A stretch of DNA of 35,333 nucleotides, taken from positions 1-35,333 of the IMG/VR virus record IMGVR_UViG_3300020043_001919; one strand, given 5' to 3'. The translations under genes and the position numbers were made by a program. Origin of the DNA: a virus. Its lineage: Duplodnaviria > Caudoviricetes. Each line of letters starts with the position of its first letter. The first letter of the stretch is position 1. The notes beneath the pieces were generated by a model, which did no database searches, was not told the DNA's origin, and saw nothing but the letters and a program-made list of their open reading frames with translations. Below, piece after piece: positions 26,463 to 34,846 of this stretch.

Positions 26463-26653
26463 TTATTCAGCTTGACCCGCCGATACCTGTATTAACGCCA
26501 AAAGGTGCAGGATTAGCGCATATGGTTATTGATTACGGCCCAGAATATAATCTGTTTTGGGTTGTGTTCATAGATACGACCGGCGAGTGTTGGACATACG
26601 CAAACATGGACATACGCGCACAGAAGAATATCACGCTAGGAAGAGTGACATGA
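26459..26653 (+). CDS. Hypothetical protein
   Basis: ATGA coupling on both sides; MIIQLDPPIPV.TPKG.G.A...IDYG. Confidence 0.75.
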   Translation: MIIQLDPPIPVLTPKGAGLAHMVIDYGPEYNLFWVVFIDTTGECWTYANMDIRAQKNITLGRVT

Positions 26654-26889
26654 GCGATGCAAGTTTATCACACTGTGAAAAATGTAACGAACCAGAATAT
26701 GCCTGCATATGTGGAGATCGCGAAGCACGATTAAAAGAACTGATGGGCGACTTACTGTTCACCATTAAAGAATACTCTGAGAAAAATGAGAGGCCAGATG
26801 AAATACTTTTTGTTCTTGACCGCATTACTGCTGCTTATCGCACAGCCTTTGAAAGCACAGGAAATGGAGACGACACAGCGCTTCACTGA
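26650..26889 (+). CDS. Hypothetical protein with CxxC...CxC
   Basis: ATG 26650 overlaps the previous stop; MSDASLSHCEKCNEPEYACICG. Confidence 0.6.
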   Translation: MSDASLSHCEKCNEPEYACICGDREARLKELMGDLLFTIKEYSEKNERPDEILFVLDRITAAYRTAFESTGNGDDTALH

Positions 26890-27028
26890 GATGAACTACG
26901 GCGAACAGACTTTCATCTACGACCGCAACGGGCGCATGGTTGCTGCGGGCGTAGGCGATGAGTATGGCATGTATTACAGCAACCGCTACGGCCAGACTAT
27001 CGGCACAAGATACAACGCAGGGGAATGA
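26798..27028 (+). CDS. Small secreted protein
   Basis: GAGAGG RBS; Sec-type signal MKYFLFLTALLLLIAQPLKA/QE; YDRNG and YSNRYG beta-hairpin repeats. Confidence 0.7.
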   Translation: MKYFLFLTALLLLIAQPLKAQEMETTQRFTEMNYGEQTFIYDRNGRMVAAGVGDEYGMYYSNRYGQTIGTRYNAGE

Positions 27029-27300
27029 CGATGGCAAAAATAGGATATGACACTACAGGGCGCGTTCGTGAAGCCGCCCAAACTATTCAAGACGCATGTA
27101 ATAAGTTTGTTCTTAAACATAGAGACACTGACGCAGTTATTCAAAACATATGGGCACTAGCACAGGTTCTGGGTTGGAATTTAGCGGTAAATAAACCCCC
27201 GCCGGATGTTCTTGACGAACTCTTAAATCGTATAAGAGCTTGCGCTGAGTTATCTGAAGACGAAATTGAAACCTTTGATGTGACCAATACCTTACAATGA
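27025..27300 (+). CDS. Hypothetical protein
   Basis: ATGA coupling on both sides. Confidence 0.65.
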   Translation: MTMAKIGYDTTGRVREAAQTIQDACNKFVLKHRDTDAVIQNIWALAQVLGWNLAVNKPPPDVLDELLNRIRACAELSEDEIETFDVTNTLQ

Positions 27301-29219
27301 TCTGGCTTGACTTTGAAACGCGCAGCGAGTGCGATCTGACGACGGCGGGCGTATATAACTACGCTCGCCATCCAACGACGCAGATCTTGTGCATGGCCTT
27401 TGCATTTAACAACGATAGCGTCAACGTCACAACTAACGTGTCGGATATGCGTAAGATAATATCTGAGGCGCATGACCAACAGATACGCGCACATAACGCC
27501 GCGTTCGAGCGTCTTATTATCACGCATGTGCTCGGCATACCGATGGTCATAGATCGCTTCTACTGCACCGCTGCACAGGCACGCGCTAACTGTATGCCAG
27601 GATCGCTTGAAGATGTCGGTCGCTTCATGGGCGCGGCGATGCGTAAAGATCACAAGGGTGCTGCGCTCGTTAAGAAACTCTGCACACCGCCTTTCAAAGG
27701 CACCGCTGAAGATCTCGAAGGATTGATTAGTTATTGCGCGCAAGATGTTCGCGCCATGCGTGACTTCAGCCTACGCATCGAACCGTTAAGCGAAGAACAA
27801 CTTACAGATTACCACGTCAACGAGCGCATTAACGACAGAGGCGTGCGCGTCGATGTCGGGCTGTGCAAAGCCGCGCTGGCATATTCTGAGATTGAGGTTG
27901 TTGATATTCAAAAGCGCGTTACTGAGATTACGAAAGGCGCGATTACATCAGTCCGCAGTCCTAAGATGCGCGAGTGGGTGTTAGCGCGGCTGGGGCCGGA
28001 TGCGTTAAAGTTGGCTGTCAAAAACGATAAGCCGTCTATCGACAAGAGCGTGCGGGCCGCGCTGTTGTCAATAGACGACCGCGACCAAGTGCCAGCCGAT
28101 GTCGTCGAGGTTATTCAAGCCGCTGATGATATGTGGGCGTCGTCTGTCGCTAAGTTCAAACGGCTTGAACAACTCGCGGGTGACGACAATCGTGTGCGCG
28201 GCGCGTTTGTGTTCGCAGGTGGCAGCGCAACAGGTAGAGCGTCATCATACGGGGCGCAAGTGCATAACTTCGCACGTAAGTGTGCAGACAAACCAGACTC
28301 AGTTCGTCAAGATATGGTGCGTCGTAAACCGATTGTTCCTATACATGGTAAGCGCGTCACTGATGTGCTCAAGGGTATGTTACGCCCCGCGTTAATACCA
28401 GCCACTAACAAGAAGTTTGTTGTAGCAGATTGGGCGTCCATCGAAGCCCGTATAACTCCGTGGTTGTCCAATAACGGTCAAGCCAAACTAACTTTGTTTG
28501 AGACGGGCGCGGATGTTTATAAAGTAAATGCTGCTAAAACATTTAATATCGAAGTAGATCAAGTAACAAAAGATCAGCGTCAAATCGGTAAAGTTCAAGA
28601 GCTTGCGTGTGGTTTCGCTGGCGGTGTCGGCGCGTTTGCTGCGATGGGGCGCATCTACGGCATTGATTTACCTGAGAATGAAGCAAACAAGATGGTCAAA
28701 GGCTGGCGTAAAGCAAATGATTGGGCCGCTGAGTTCTGGTCTGCGTTAGAAGTTGCATACATTGACGCAATGCGAAATGACGACAAGGAATATGAAGCGG
28801 GCCGCGTAAAATACTTGCGGCAAAACAGACACCTTTGGTATATTCTCCCTTCGGGCCGGATGCTTTGCTATCCGTATGCCGAATTTAATGCCGCAAAAGA
28901 AGAGGTGACATACGCAAAAGCGTCTTTCAAGCCCAGCGCCGATGCTAAACAATGGCCGCGCGCGAGGTTATGGAAAGGATTAGCTTGTGAAAATATTACA
29001 CAAGCTACCGCAGCAGATATTTTACGTCATGCTTTACGCTGCCTTGATAACGAAGGTTTTGATACTGTTCTACACGTTCACGATGAAATTGTTATTGAGA
29101 CAGATAATCCAGACAAAGCACAAAAAGCATTAGAAAGAATAATGAAAACGCCGCCAGCGTGGGCGGAAGGTTTACCTTTAGACATAGAAGTTTCCGTTAT
29201 GGGGCGGTATGGCAAATGA
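27297..29219 (+). CDS. DNA polymerase, family A (3'-5' exonuclease plus polymerase)
   Basis: ExoI LDFET, ExoII AHNAAFER, ExoIII YCAQDV, TGR.S, motif A ADWASIEAR, motif B RQIGKVQELACGF, motif C HVHDE. Confidence 0.95.
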   Translation: MIWLDFETRSECDLTTAGVYNYARHPTTQILCMAFAFNNDSVNVTTNVSDMRKIISEAHDQQIRAHNAAFERLIITHVLGIPMVIDRFYCTAAQARANCMPGSLEDVGRFMGAAMRKDHKGAALVKKLCTPPFKGTAEDLEGLISYCAQDVRAMRDFSLRIEPLSEEQLTDYHVNERINDRGVRVDVGLCKAALAYSEIEVVDIQKRVTEITKGAITSVRSPKMREWVLARLGPDALKLAVKNDKPSIDKSVRAALLSIDDRDQVPADVVEVIQAADDMWASSVAKFKRLEQLAGDDNRVRGAFVFAGGSATGRASSYGAQVHNFARKCADKPDSVRQDMVRRKPIVPIHGKRVTDVLKGMLRPALIPATNKKFVVADWASIEARITPWLSNNGQAKLTLFETGADVYKVNAAKTFNIEVDQVTKDQRQIGKVQELACGFAGGVGAFAAMGRIYGIDLPENEANKMVKGWRKANDWAAEFWSALEVAYIDAMRNDDKEYEAGRVKYLRQNRHLWYILPSGRMLCYPYAEFNAAKEEVTYAKASFKPSADAKQWPRARLWKGLACENITQATAADILRHALRCLDNEGFDTVLHVHDEIVIETDNPDKAQKALERIMKTPPAWAEGLPLDIEVSVMGRYGK

Positions 29220-31588
29220 CTTTCGTTGATTTTCTTAAAAGCCTTGCATTTGATGGCGAAACAGCGCTTTTTGTTAAACAAGTATTAAAGAAGCGTGACG
29301 GTCAGATTTATTATTTCCCTGACGGAACGCCCGATTCAACTTATCCTGCTTACTTACCAGATCAAGCGCGCATACGCGAAGGCGATGCGTGGTATGGTAA
29401 TACTGGCTGTTATATCTTAGAGCGTTTCACTGACGGTAAAGTTAGCGCGTCAGCCGCTAATTGTGATTACGTTCTTGTTATGATGTTAGATGATATTGGA
29501 TCGTTGAAAGATTACGGTCAACTAAAGATACCGCCGTTAGAACCTACGTGGAAGATGGAAACAAGCGAAGGTTCTATTCAGTGGGGCTATGCTTTTAATC
29601 CAGATAATCAACCAACGACGAATGAGTTCAGCGCAGCGATTAACGCCATAGCTGACGCGCTCTACACTGACAAGGGCGCGGTCAATCCCGTGCGTAACTT
29701 TCGTCTCCCTGGCAGCGTGAACTTTAAACGCGGGCGTAACAACTTTGCAGCTAAGTTGCTTGAGTTTCATCCCGACCGTTTGTTCTCGCTCGATCAGATC
29801 TGCACCGCTCTTGATGTAACGCCAGGAGAGGCGAACACAGCGCGCGGCCACCACATACGCATTAAAGATACTGGCGGTGATAATGTCACAGCGTGGCTGA
29901 ACGAGAACAATCTTATCTTATCCAGCAATAACAATGAAGGCTGGCGCAGCGTTATCTGTCCTAATCATGCAGAGCATAGCGAAGGATTAGAAGGCCGCTA
30001 TCAGTCATCGACGCGATCATATTTCTGTTTTCACGGTCATTGCAGAGATAAGATCGACAGTAATTATTTTTTAAAATGGGTTGCTGACAATGGTGGGCCG
30101 CAAGAGAAGCAAGGGCTGCGGAGTGAACTGCTAACAGATCTCGGTAAGAAGGTTCGCGCTAACATAGAACCAACTGCGGCGTTTCCAGATGATGCTAAAG
30201 CGCGCCAGACTGAAGCTGACATCTTAACTGCAAAAGTAGAAGATCGCGGTAAATGGTTTAAAGAATGGGCTTATGTTGTTACTGATGATGGTTATTTTAA
30301 TTTAGTTAATCGTCGTGAGGTTTCGCGCGCGTCTTTTAATGCAATCTTTCGTGGCACAAAATGCGTGTCGATACATACCAACCGTCGCATTGAAGCGTCA
30401 ACATACTTTGATGAAAACCGTGAAGCGTCAGGAGGCGAACTTGTCAATGAAATCACTTACGCAGCGGGTGAGAAGGCGCTTGTTACGCGCGATGGTCTTA
30501 TCTATGGCAATAAATGGATTAACGCGCGACCAGAGATTAAACATTCAACAACAAACATAGATCGTTGGCTAAAGCATTGTGAGACGCTTGTGCCAACAGA
30601 TTTTGAGCGCGAGCACATCTTCGACATGATGGCGTTCAAGCTGCAACACCCAGAGCTTAAAATCAATCACGCGGTGTTGCATGGCGGTGATGAAGGCGCT
30701 GGCAAGGATCTTATGTGGGCACCGTTCATATGGAGCATCTGCGGCCCGTTCCAGCGCAACTATGGTCTGATTAAGAATGAGTTGATTAACAACCAGTGGG
30801 GTTATCTTTTAGAGAGCGAGATCGTTGTTCTTAACGAGCTGAAGGAAGGCGAGGCCGTTGAGCGCCGCGCGCTGGCTAACCAGCTCAAGCCGCTAATCGC
30901 TGCGCCGCCGGATCTTATCTCGATCAACCGTAAGGGCTTGCATCCGTATTACATGCTCAACCGTCTATTCGTCCTAGCGTTCACCAACCATCGCCTACCG
31001 ATCACGCTTGAATCGTCCGACCGTCGCTGGTTCTGTGTGTGGTCAACGTCTCCACGTATGAAAAGCGAAGACGGCGCGGCGATGGCCGCTTGGTATCAGA
31101 AAGAAGGCTTTAACGCTATCGCTGGCTGGCTGCACGACCGCGACGTGTCTAAGTTCAATCCTGGCATGTTCCCGCCTTTGACAGACTACAAGCGTTCGCT
31201 GATCGAGAGCGGCATGTCTATCGCTGAGAGTTACATCTTAGACGCGATCAATAACCAGAAGCACCCGTTTACGCGGCGCGTTATCGGTAGCCCGTTCCAT
31301 AAGATCTGCCAAGAGTTATCTAAGGATGATGACGCGCCGTTTACTAAGATGAAGATCCCGCCAGCGGCGCTATTTCAGGCGCTCAAGGAAGCCAAATGGA
31401 TTGACTGTGGTTCTGTTGGCACAAAAGAGCACCAGACCAAGAAGCATATGTTCTGCGCGCCTGAGATGTTGGATCAATATACTAAAACTGAACTGCGTAA
31501 CATGCTCGAAAATACGGTGAAAACAAATGTCAAGACTGAAGATAACAATGTTGTGCATATTGATAAGTCTAAGCCTAAGTGGATGTGA
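29216..31588 (+). CDS. Primase-helicase (RepB-like primase, Zn finger, SF3/DUF5906-type helicase)
   Basis: ATG 29216 overlaps the polymerase stop; LDD, ETS.G..QWGY, R.FRLPGS.N; CP....H...CFHGHC; Walker A GDEGAGKD, VLNE, FTN, DRR. Confidence 0.88.
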   Translation: MTFVDFLKSLAFDGETALFVKQVLKKRDGQIYYFPDGTPDSTYPAYLPDQARIREGDAWYGNTGCYILERFTDGKVSASAANCDYVLVMMLDDIGSLKDYGQLKIPPLEPTWKMETSEGSIQWGYAFNPDNQPTTNEFSAAINAIADALYTDKGAVNPVRNFRLPGSVNFKRGRNNFAAKLLEFHPDRLFSLDQICTALDVTPGEANTARGHHIRIKDTGGDNVTAWLNENNLILSSNNNEGWRSVICPNHAEHSEGLEGRYQSSTRSYFCFHGHCRDKIDSNYFLKWVADNGGPQEKQGLRSELLTDLGKKVRANIEPTAAFPDDAKARQTEADILTAKVEDRGKWFKEWAYVVTDDGYFNLVNRREVSRASFNAIFRGTKCVSIHTNRRIEASTYFDENREASGGELVNEITYAAGEKALVTRDGLIYGNKWINARPEIKHSTTNIDRWLKHCETLVPTDFEREHIFDMMAFKLQHPELKINHAVLHGGDEGAGKDLMWAPFIWSICGPFQRNYGLIKNELINNQWGYLLESEIVVLNELKEGEAVERRALANQLKPLIAAPPDLISINRKGLHPYYMLNRLFVLAFTNHRLPITLESSDRRWFCVWSTSPRMKSEDGAAMAAWYQKEGFNAIAGWLHDRDVSKFNPGMFPPLTDYKRSLIESGMSIAESYILDAINNQKHPFTRRVIGSPFHKICQELSKDDDAPFTKMKIPPAALFQALKEAKWIDCGSVGTKEHQTKKHMFCAPEMLDQYTKTELRNMLENTVKTNVKTEDNNVVHIDKSKPKWM

Positions 31589-31633
31589 GTTGACGAAGAT
31601 CGTCTATCACACCTGCAAGGAAGGGCTATGCCG

Positions 31634-31662
31634 TTGACATTTATGAGAAACGGTGGGATCAT
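31634..31662 (+). promoter_or_regulatory. Putative promoter
   Basis: TTGACA-17-GATCAT with TGn extension. Confidence 0.45.
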
Positions 31663-31665
31663 GGT

Positions 31666-31686
31666 CTGACCCTTATGGAGGGTTAG
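31666..31686. terminator. Stem-loop between convergent genes
   Basis: CTGACCCT-TATGG-AGGGTTAG; no strong U tract. Confidence 0.4.
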
Positions 31687-31687
31687 C

Positions 31688-31909
31688 TCATGTTCTTCTT
31701 TGCATTACTGCAAGAATTTTTATTTTTGTTGTTTCGTCAACCTCGGCCAGCGCCTCTTCGAGCGCCATCCTCAGACGGTTGCTTTCGTCCACGGCGGCGG
31801 TGATCGTCCACTGTGAGCGTTGCCTAGCTTCCTCATATCCTTTAAGATAAGCGCCGCTAACTTCTTGCTGAAGGGCTTTTAGCCGCCTTTCGTATTCGGT
31901 GTTTGTCAT
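31688..31909 (-). CDS. Hypothetical coiled-coil protein, 73 aa
   Basis: MTNTEYERRLKALQQEVSGAYLKGYEEARQR...; AGGT upstream; the N-terminal extension in the ORF track looks non-coding. Confidence 0.65.
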   Translation of the reverse strand: MTNTEYERRLKALQQEVSGAYLKGYEEARQRSQWTITAAVDESNRLRMALEEALAEVDETTKIKILAVMQRRT

Positions 31910-32282
31910 GGCCGACCTAATGGGTTTAATCGAAACTGATCCTAACGCCCAGGCGTTGCCTCTATCGCAGCGGCAACTTAGCCCGCGCGTCCGCAACTCG
32001 CTGGCGAGGCTTAAAAGCACATTATACAACGATCCCACCGCTTATGAATATATGCGCGACCGTATGACGAATAACCTCGCTAACATTATGGCGGGTTATA
32101 ATGACTATATGCAGCCGCCTCCTATCCATTATCAAGCGATGCCGTTTCTTGGTGATCCATCGCAGCCGCAACTGCAACAATTGCAGAGCTATCCTTATGA
32201 CGAAACGGACGAATATTTGTTCGGTAAGTCTCGCATGGGGCCGGTCAATTACTTTAGGCCGCGCAACTATTACGGCCCATAA
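31908..32282 (+). CDS. Hypothetical Pro/Gln/Met/Tyr-rich protein
   Basis: 124 aa from ATG 31908; protein-like biased composition; ends just before the terminator at 32296-32328. Confidence 0.6.
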   Translation: MADLMGLIETDPNAQALPLSQRQLSPRVRNSLARLKSTLYNDPTAYEYMRDRMTNNLANIMAGYNDYMQPPPIHYQAMPFLGDPSQPQLQQLQSYPYDETDEYLFGKSRMGPVNYFRPRNYYGP

Positions 32283-32295
32283 GACTAAAGACGTT

Positions 32296-32328
32296 AAAAA
32301 GAAACCCCACGCCGTGAGGCGCAGGGCC
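32296..32328 (-). terminator. Rho-independent terminator of early operon
   Basis: Minus strand GGCCCTGCGCC-TCAC-GGCGTGGGGTT followed by TCTTTTT. Confidence 0.8.
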
Positions 32329-32423
32329 AAGTCTAGGGGAGGTCAACACGTCCCCAATTAATAGCAGATACCTAGCCCATCGTATAGCAGGGCGGGGTCA
32401 ATTAGCTGATATGTATACATCAT

Positions 32424-32768
32424 TTAAGCCCCAGTAGAACTTCGACTATTACTGTTATCAGCACCGCTAGGGCGCTTTGTTCTTTTATATTGTGTCCCAT
32501 TTAGTCTCGCCTCCCAACATTTAACGCCATATATGATCGTGGAATGGTCGCGCTTGAAGATGCGCGCCAGTTTCAGATAGCTTGAGTGTGTCTCCTGTCT
32601 CGCTCGCCACATAGCCTTATGGCGAGCGATTGTATATTTGGGCTTGTTCTTGTGGGCGATGATGTCTGAGGGGAAGATTAGAAACTCATCCGCCACTTCA
32701 GCTATGATCTCTCTTACAAACACATCACCCTCTCTTTCTGTTAGTTTATCCCACCATGCGGAGCGCAT
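32424..32768 (-). CDS. Stand-alone DnaA C-terminal (domain IV) HTH protein
   Basis: II.EVA..F.....DI........AR..AM..AR..T..S...LA..F.RDHSTII matches the DnaA signature RDH(S/T)TV; no AAA+ domain. Confidence 0.85.
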   Translation of the reverse strand: MRSAWWDKLTEREGDVFVREIIAEVADEFLIFPSDIIAHKNKPKYTIARHKAMWRARQETHSSYLKLARIFKRDHSTIIYGVKCWEARLNGTQYKRTKRPSGADNSNSRSSTGA

Positions 32769-32952
32769 CTTGGAGCGCCTCCTTTTCTTTTATGACCTTG
32801 ATCCGCGATGCTATGGTCGCGGCGCTTTGGCCCATAGCTGCGCCTATCGCATGATTATCAAGCCCTTGCTTGCGTAGGTCTTGGATAGCCTGCTCGTAGG
32901 GCGTAAACGCTTCCGGGTCTTTCTTGTGTCTAAATGGTTCCATCTTTTTCAT
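32746..32952 (-). CDS. LuxR/sigma-region-4-like HTH protein
   Basis: FTPYEQAI.DL..QGL.N..IG..MG.S..TI.SRI..I.EK. Confidence 0.75.
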   Translation of the reverse strand: MKKMEPFRHKKDPEAFTPYEQAIQDLRKQGLDNHAIGAAMGQSAATIASRIKVIKEKEALQDALRMVG

Positions 32953-33089
32953 GACCGCGCCCCGATCTCGCCCTCTATCAACTGGCGTCTAAAATCGTCG
33001 CACTCGTATTCCAGCATGACGCGCAGCGCGTCAGTGTCGAGTCGATACAACATTTGCAGAAACTCATAATAGTCTTTCATCTTAGACAT
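32949..33089 (-). CDS. Small hypothetical protein, 46 aa (not in ORF track)
   Basis: MSKMKDYYEFLQMLYRLDTDALRVMLEYECDDFRRQLIEGEIGARS; ATGA-coupled to the HTH gene. Confidence 0.7.
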   Translation of the reverse strand: MSKMKDYYEFLQMLYRLDTDALRVMLEYECDDFRRQLIEGEIGARS

Positions 33090-33091
33090 GA

Positions 33092-33646
33092 TTAACCCCA
33101 CTGTTGCGCCATAGCATCAGCTATGCCTTGATATGTTTTCGATCTTTCTTTCCATCGGTCAGGGCTTGGCGGCATCTTGTGAACACGCGCCTCGCGGCCA
33201 TCAACGATGTTGGTCGGTTTTAGTTTCGGTAAATTTTTAAGCCATAGACATGTCGATTTAGTCTCGCCATGTCCAAACTGCCACGGCTGCACAATCTGGT
33301 CAGGTTTTCTTATCTTTGAACTAATAACGCTGATAGGGTTTTCTATACATATGCGCGGCGCTGGCGCGTTCATTAACATGCGAACAAAGTCTAGCGCCTC
33401 TTGCTGCTCTTGCTGTTTATCCTTGAACCAGCGTGCGCCACTGACGGCCAGATGCGTGCAGGGCGGATGCGCTATGATTAAGTCCCAAGGATATAGTTCT
33501 ATTATTTCTCTGACATCACATTGCCAGTGGTAGGATTTATCCTCGCTTTCTGTGGGCAATAAATCGCATGATCTGGCGTCATGCCCTAACGCTCTAAAAG
33601 CGTCGCGCACTATGCCGCTAAATTCACAAGCCACTAAAACGCGCAT
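33092..33646 (-). CDS. Minimal DNA cytosine-C5 methyltransferase-like protein
   Basis: VLVACEFSG (degenerate motif I), SCD, DLIIAHPPC (catalytic motif IV), IENP (motif VI), Q.WQFG; 184 aa. Confidence 0.75.
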   Translation of the reverse strand: MRVLVACEFSGIVRDAFRALGHDARSCDLLPTESEDKSYHWQCDVREIIELYPWDLIIAHPPCTHLAVSGARWFKDKQQEQQEALDFVRMLMNAPAPRICIENPISVISSKIRKPDQIVQPWQFGHGETKSTCLWLKNLPKLKPTNIVDGREARVHKMPPSPDRWKERSKTYQGIADAMAQQWG

Positions 33647-33876
33647 CAGATCACGCCTCGCTCTTCCATCGCGTTTAATGCGACAGCGTAAAGATCAATG
33701 CTTGTAAGCTCGCCTATCTCCCATAAGCGCCGCAAGTCAGTGTGAAGCTCGCGCTGAACTCGTTTAGGCAATGGCGGGCTATACTCGCTTGCGGGCGTGT
33801 CGAGATGAAATCCTACGCCTAATTTTTTTACCCAAAACAGACATATATTGCGGGCTTCGTGCTCTAATTCATACAT
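33646..33876 (-). CDS. Hypothetical protein
   Basis: Start moved to ATG 33876, directly after the upstream stop; G.GFH.DTP..EY motif. Confidence 0.7.
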   Translation of the reverse strand: MYELEHEARNICLFWVKKLGVGFHLDTPASEYSPPLPKRVQRELHTDLRRLWEIGELTSIDLYAVALNAMEERGVI

Positions 33877-33877
33877 G

Positions 33878-34183
33878 TCAGTAGTCCCTCTTATCTTCGC
33901 CAGCATCTTCCTCACACGCCTCTAATAGATCATCGCTATCAATGAGCGCGTCATGTATGAGCTTATAAAGCCAATGATCTTGTGAGAGATTAAGAGCTGG
34001 CACGTCTTTCTTATTAGAGTTTAACGTGATGGACGTGATGTCTACATCAGTCACCCACGGCTCAAATATACCTACGTCAGGCTCGGCGGCGGCTATGTTG
34101 TAATCCACGTCGATCTCGCCCGCCGCCATGACGGCATAGCCCTTGATTAGTTCAAGCTCATCAAAATAATATGTGAACTTCAT
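33878..34183 (-). CDS. Acidic hypothetical protein
   Basis: GGAG RBS, ATGA coupling; AEPDVGI motif; D/E-rich. Confidence 0.75.
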   Translation of the reverse strand: MKFTYYFDELELIKGYAVMAAGEIDVDYNIAAAEPDVGIFEPWVTDVDITSITLNSNKKDVPALNLSQDHWLYKLIHDALIDSDDLLEACEEDAGEDKRDY

Positions 34184-34359
34184 TTGTAGTTCTCCCCATT
34201 GCTAAAGAAAGCGTCCGCGCGGCGCTCATACTCATTGTCGAGCGCTTCCTGCATGGCGCATCGCGCGTCGATCAGATGCCACGGTAAGGGCGCGGGTTGC
34301 GCGTCGATGATCTTTATGAGCGCGTCGAGCGCTTCGATCTCTAGTTCAAGCTCTAGCAT
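34180..34359 (-). CDS. Acidic hypothetical protein, 59 aa
   Basis: TAATG coupling with GGAGG RBS; MLELELEIEALDAL... Confidence 0.7.
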   Translation of the reverse strand: MLELELEIEALDALIKIIDAQPAPLPWHLIDARCAMQEALDNEYERRADAFFSNGENYK

Positions 34360-34631
34360 TATGCCGCCTCCGAATATTCGTCGATCATGTGTTGCGCTAT
34401 TTCGCGCCAATTGACGTCGAATAAAAACGCCATTGCGTATGAGAACGATAGGCCCATTGCATTGCCTATCTCAGCCTCTAGTAATTCTTCGACGTGTTCT
34501 TTGAGACTGACAGCTAAGTCATACGCCTCTACGTTATAATCCTGCCCCATCTCATACGGATTATATCCGTCGAATATCTCTAGATTGACGCGCCACGTGG
34601 CATAGTTCGTCCAGCCGTTATAATCGCTCAT
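34359..34631 (-). CDS. Conserved early phage protein (YNGWTNY.TW family, DUF7249-like)
   Basis: AGGAG RBS; YNGWTNYATW.VNL...VNW.EIA pattern; acidic. Confidence 0.8.
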   Translation of the reverse strand: MSDYNGWTNYATWRVNLEIFDGYNPYEMGQDYNVEAYDLAVSLKEHVEELLEAEIGNAMGLSFSYAMAFLFDVNWREIAQHMIDEYSEAA

Positions 34632-34661
34632 TGTGTTGTCTCCTATGTGGATTTGTTACAG

Positions 34662-34820
34662 TTAAGCCCAAACTATCTCTGTTTCTTCGTCACAATCAGT
34701 GCAGCTATATGACTTGTCATATACAGTGCTAACAAGCCACGCTTGATCCGCTTCGCTCCACCAAACGCAAGCGTCAGCAACAACATTCAGACTGCCACAA
34801 TATTTGCATTTAGGATACAT
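34662..34820 (-). CDS. Zn-ribbon protein, 52 aa
   Basis: MYPKCKYCGS...CTDCD; ATG 34820 behind AGGGG; bounded by repeat copies. Confidence 0.75.
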   Translation of the reverse strand: MYPKCKYCGSLNVVADACVWWSEADQAWLVSTVYDKSYSCTDCDEETEIVWA

Positions 34821-34846
34821 GTTAAACCCCTGTTGATTTGTTACAG

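Noticed and set aside
32022-32330. Minus-strand ORF with signal-like N-terminus (MALRLTAWGFFL...)
   Set aside because: Its TTG start and hydrophobic stretch are the terminator hairpin and U tract; the remainder is the antisense of the 31908 ORF
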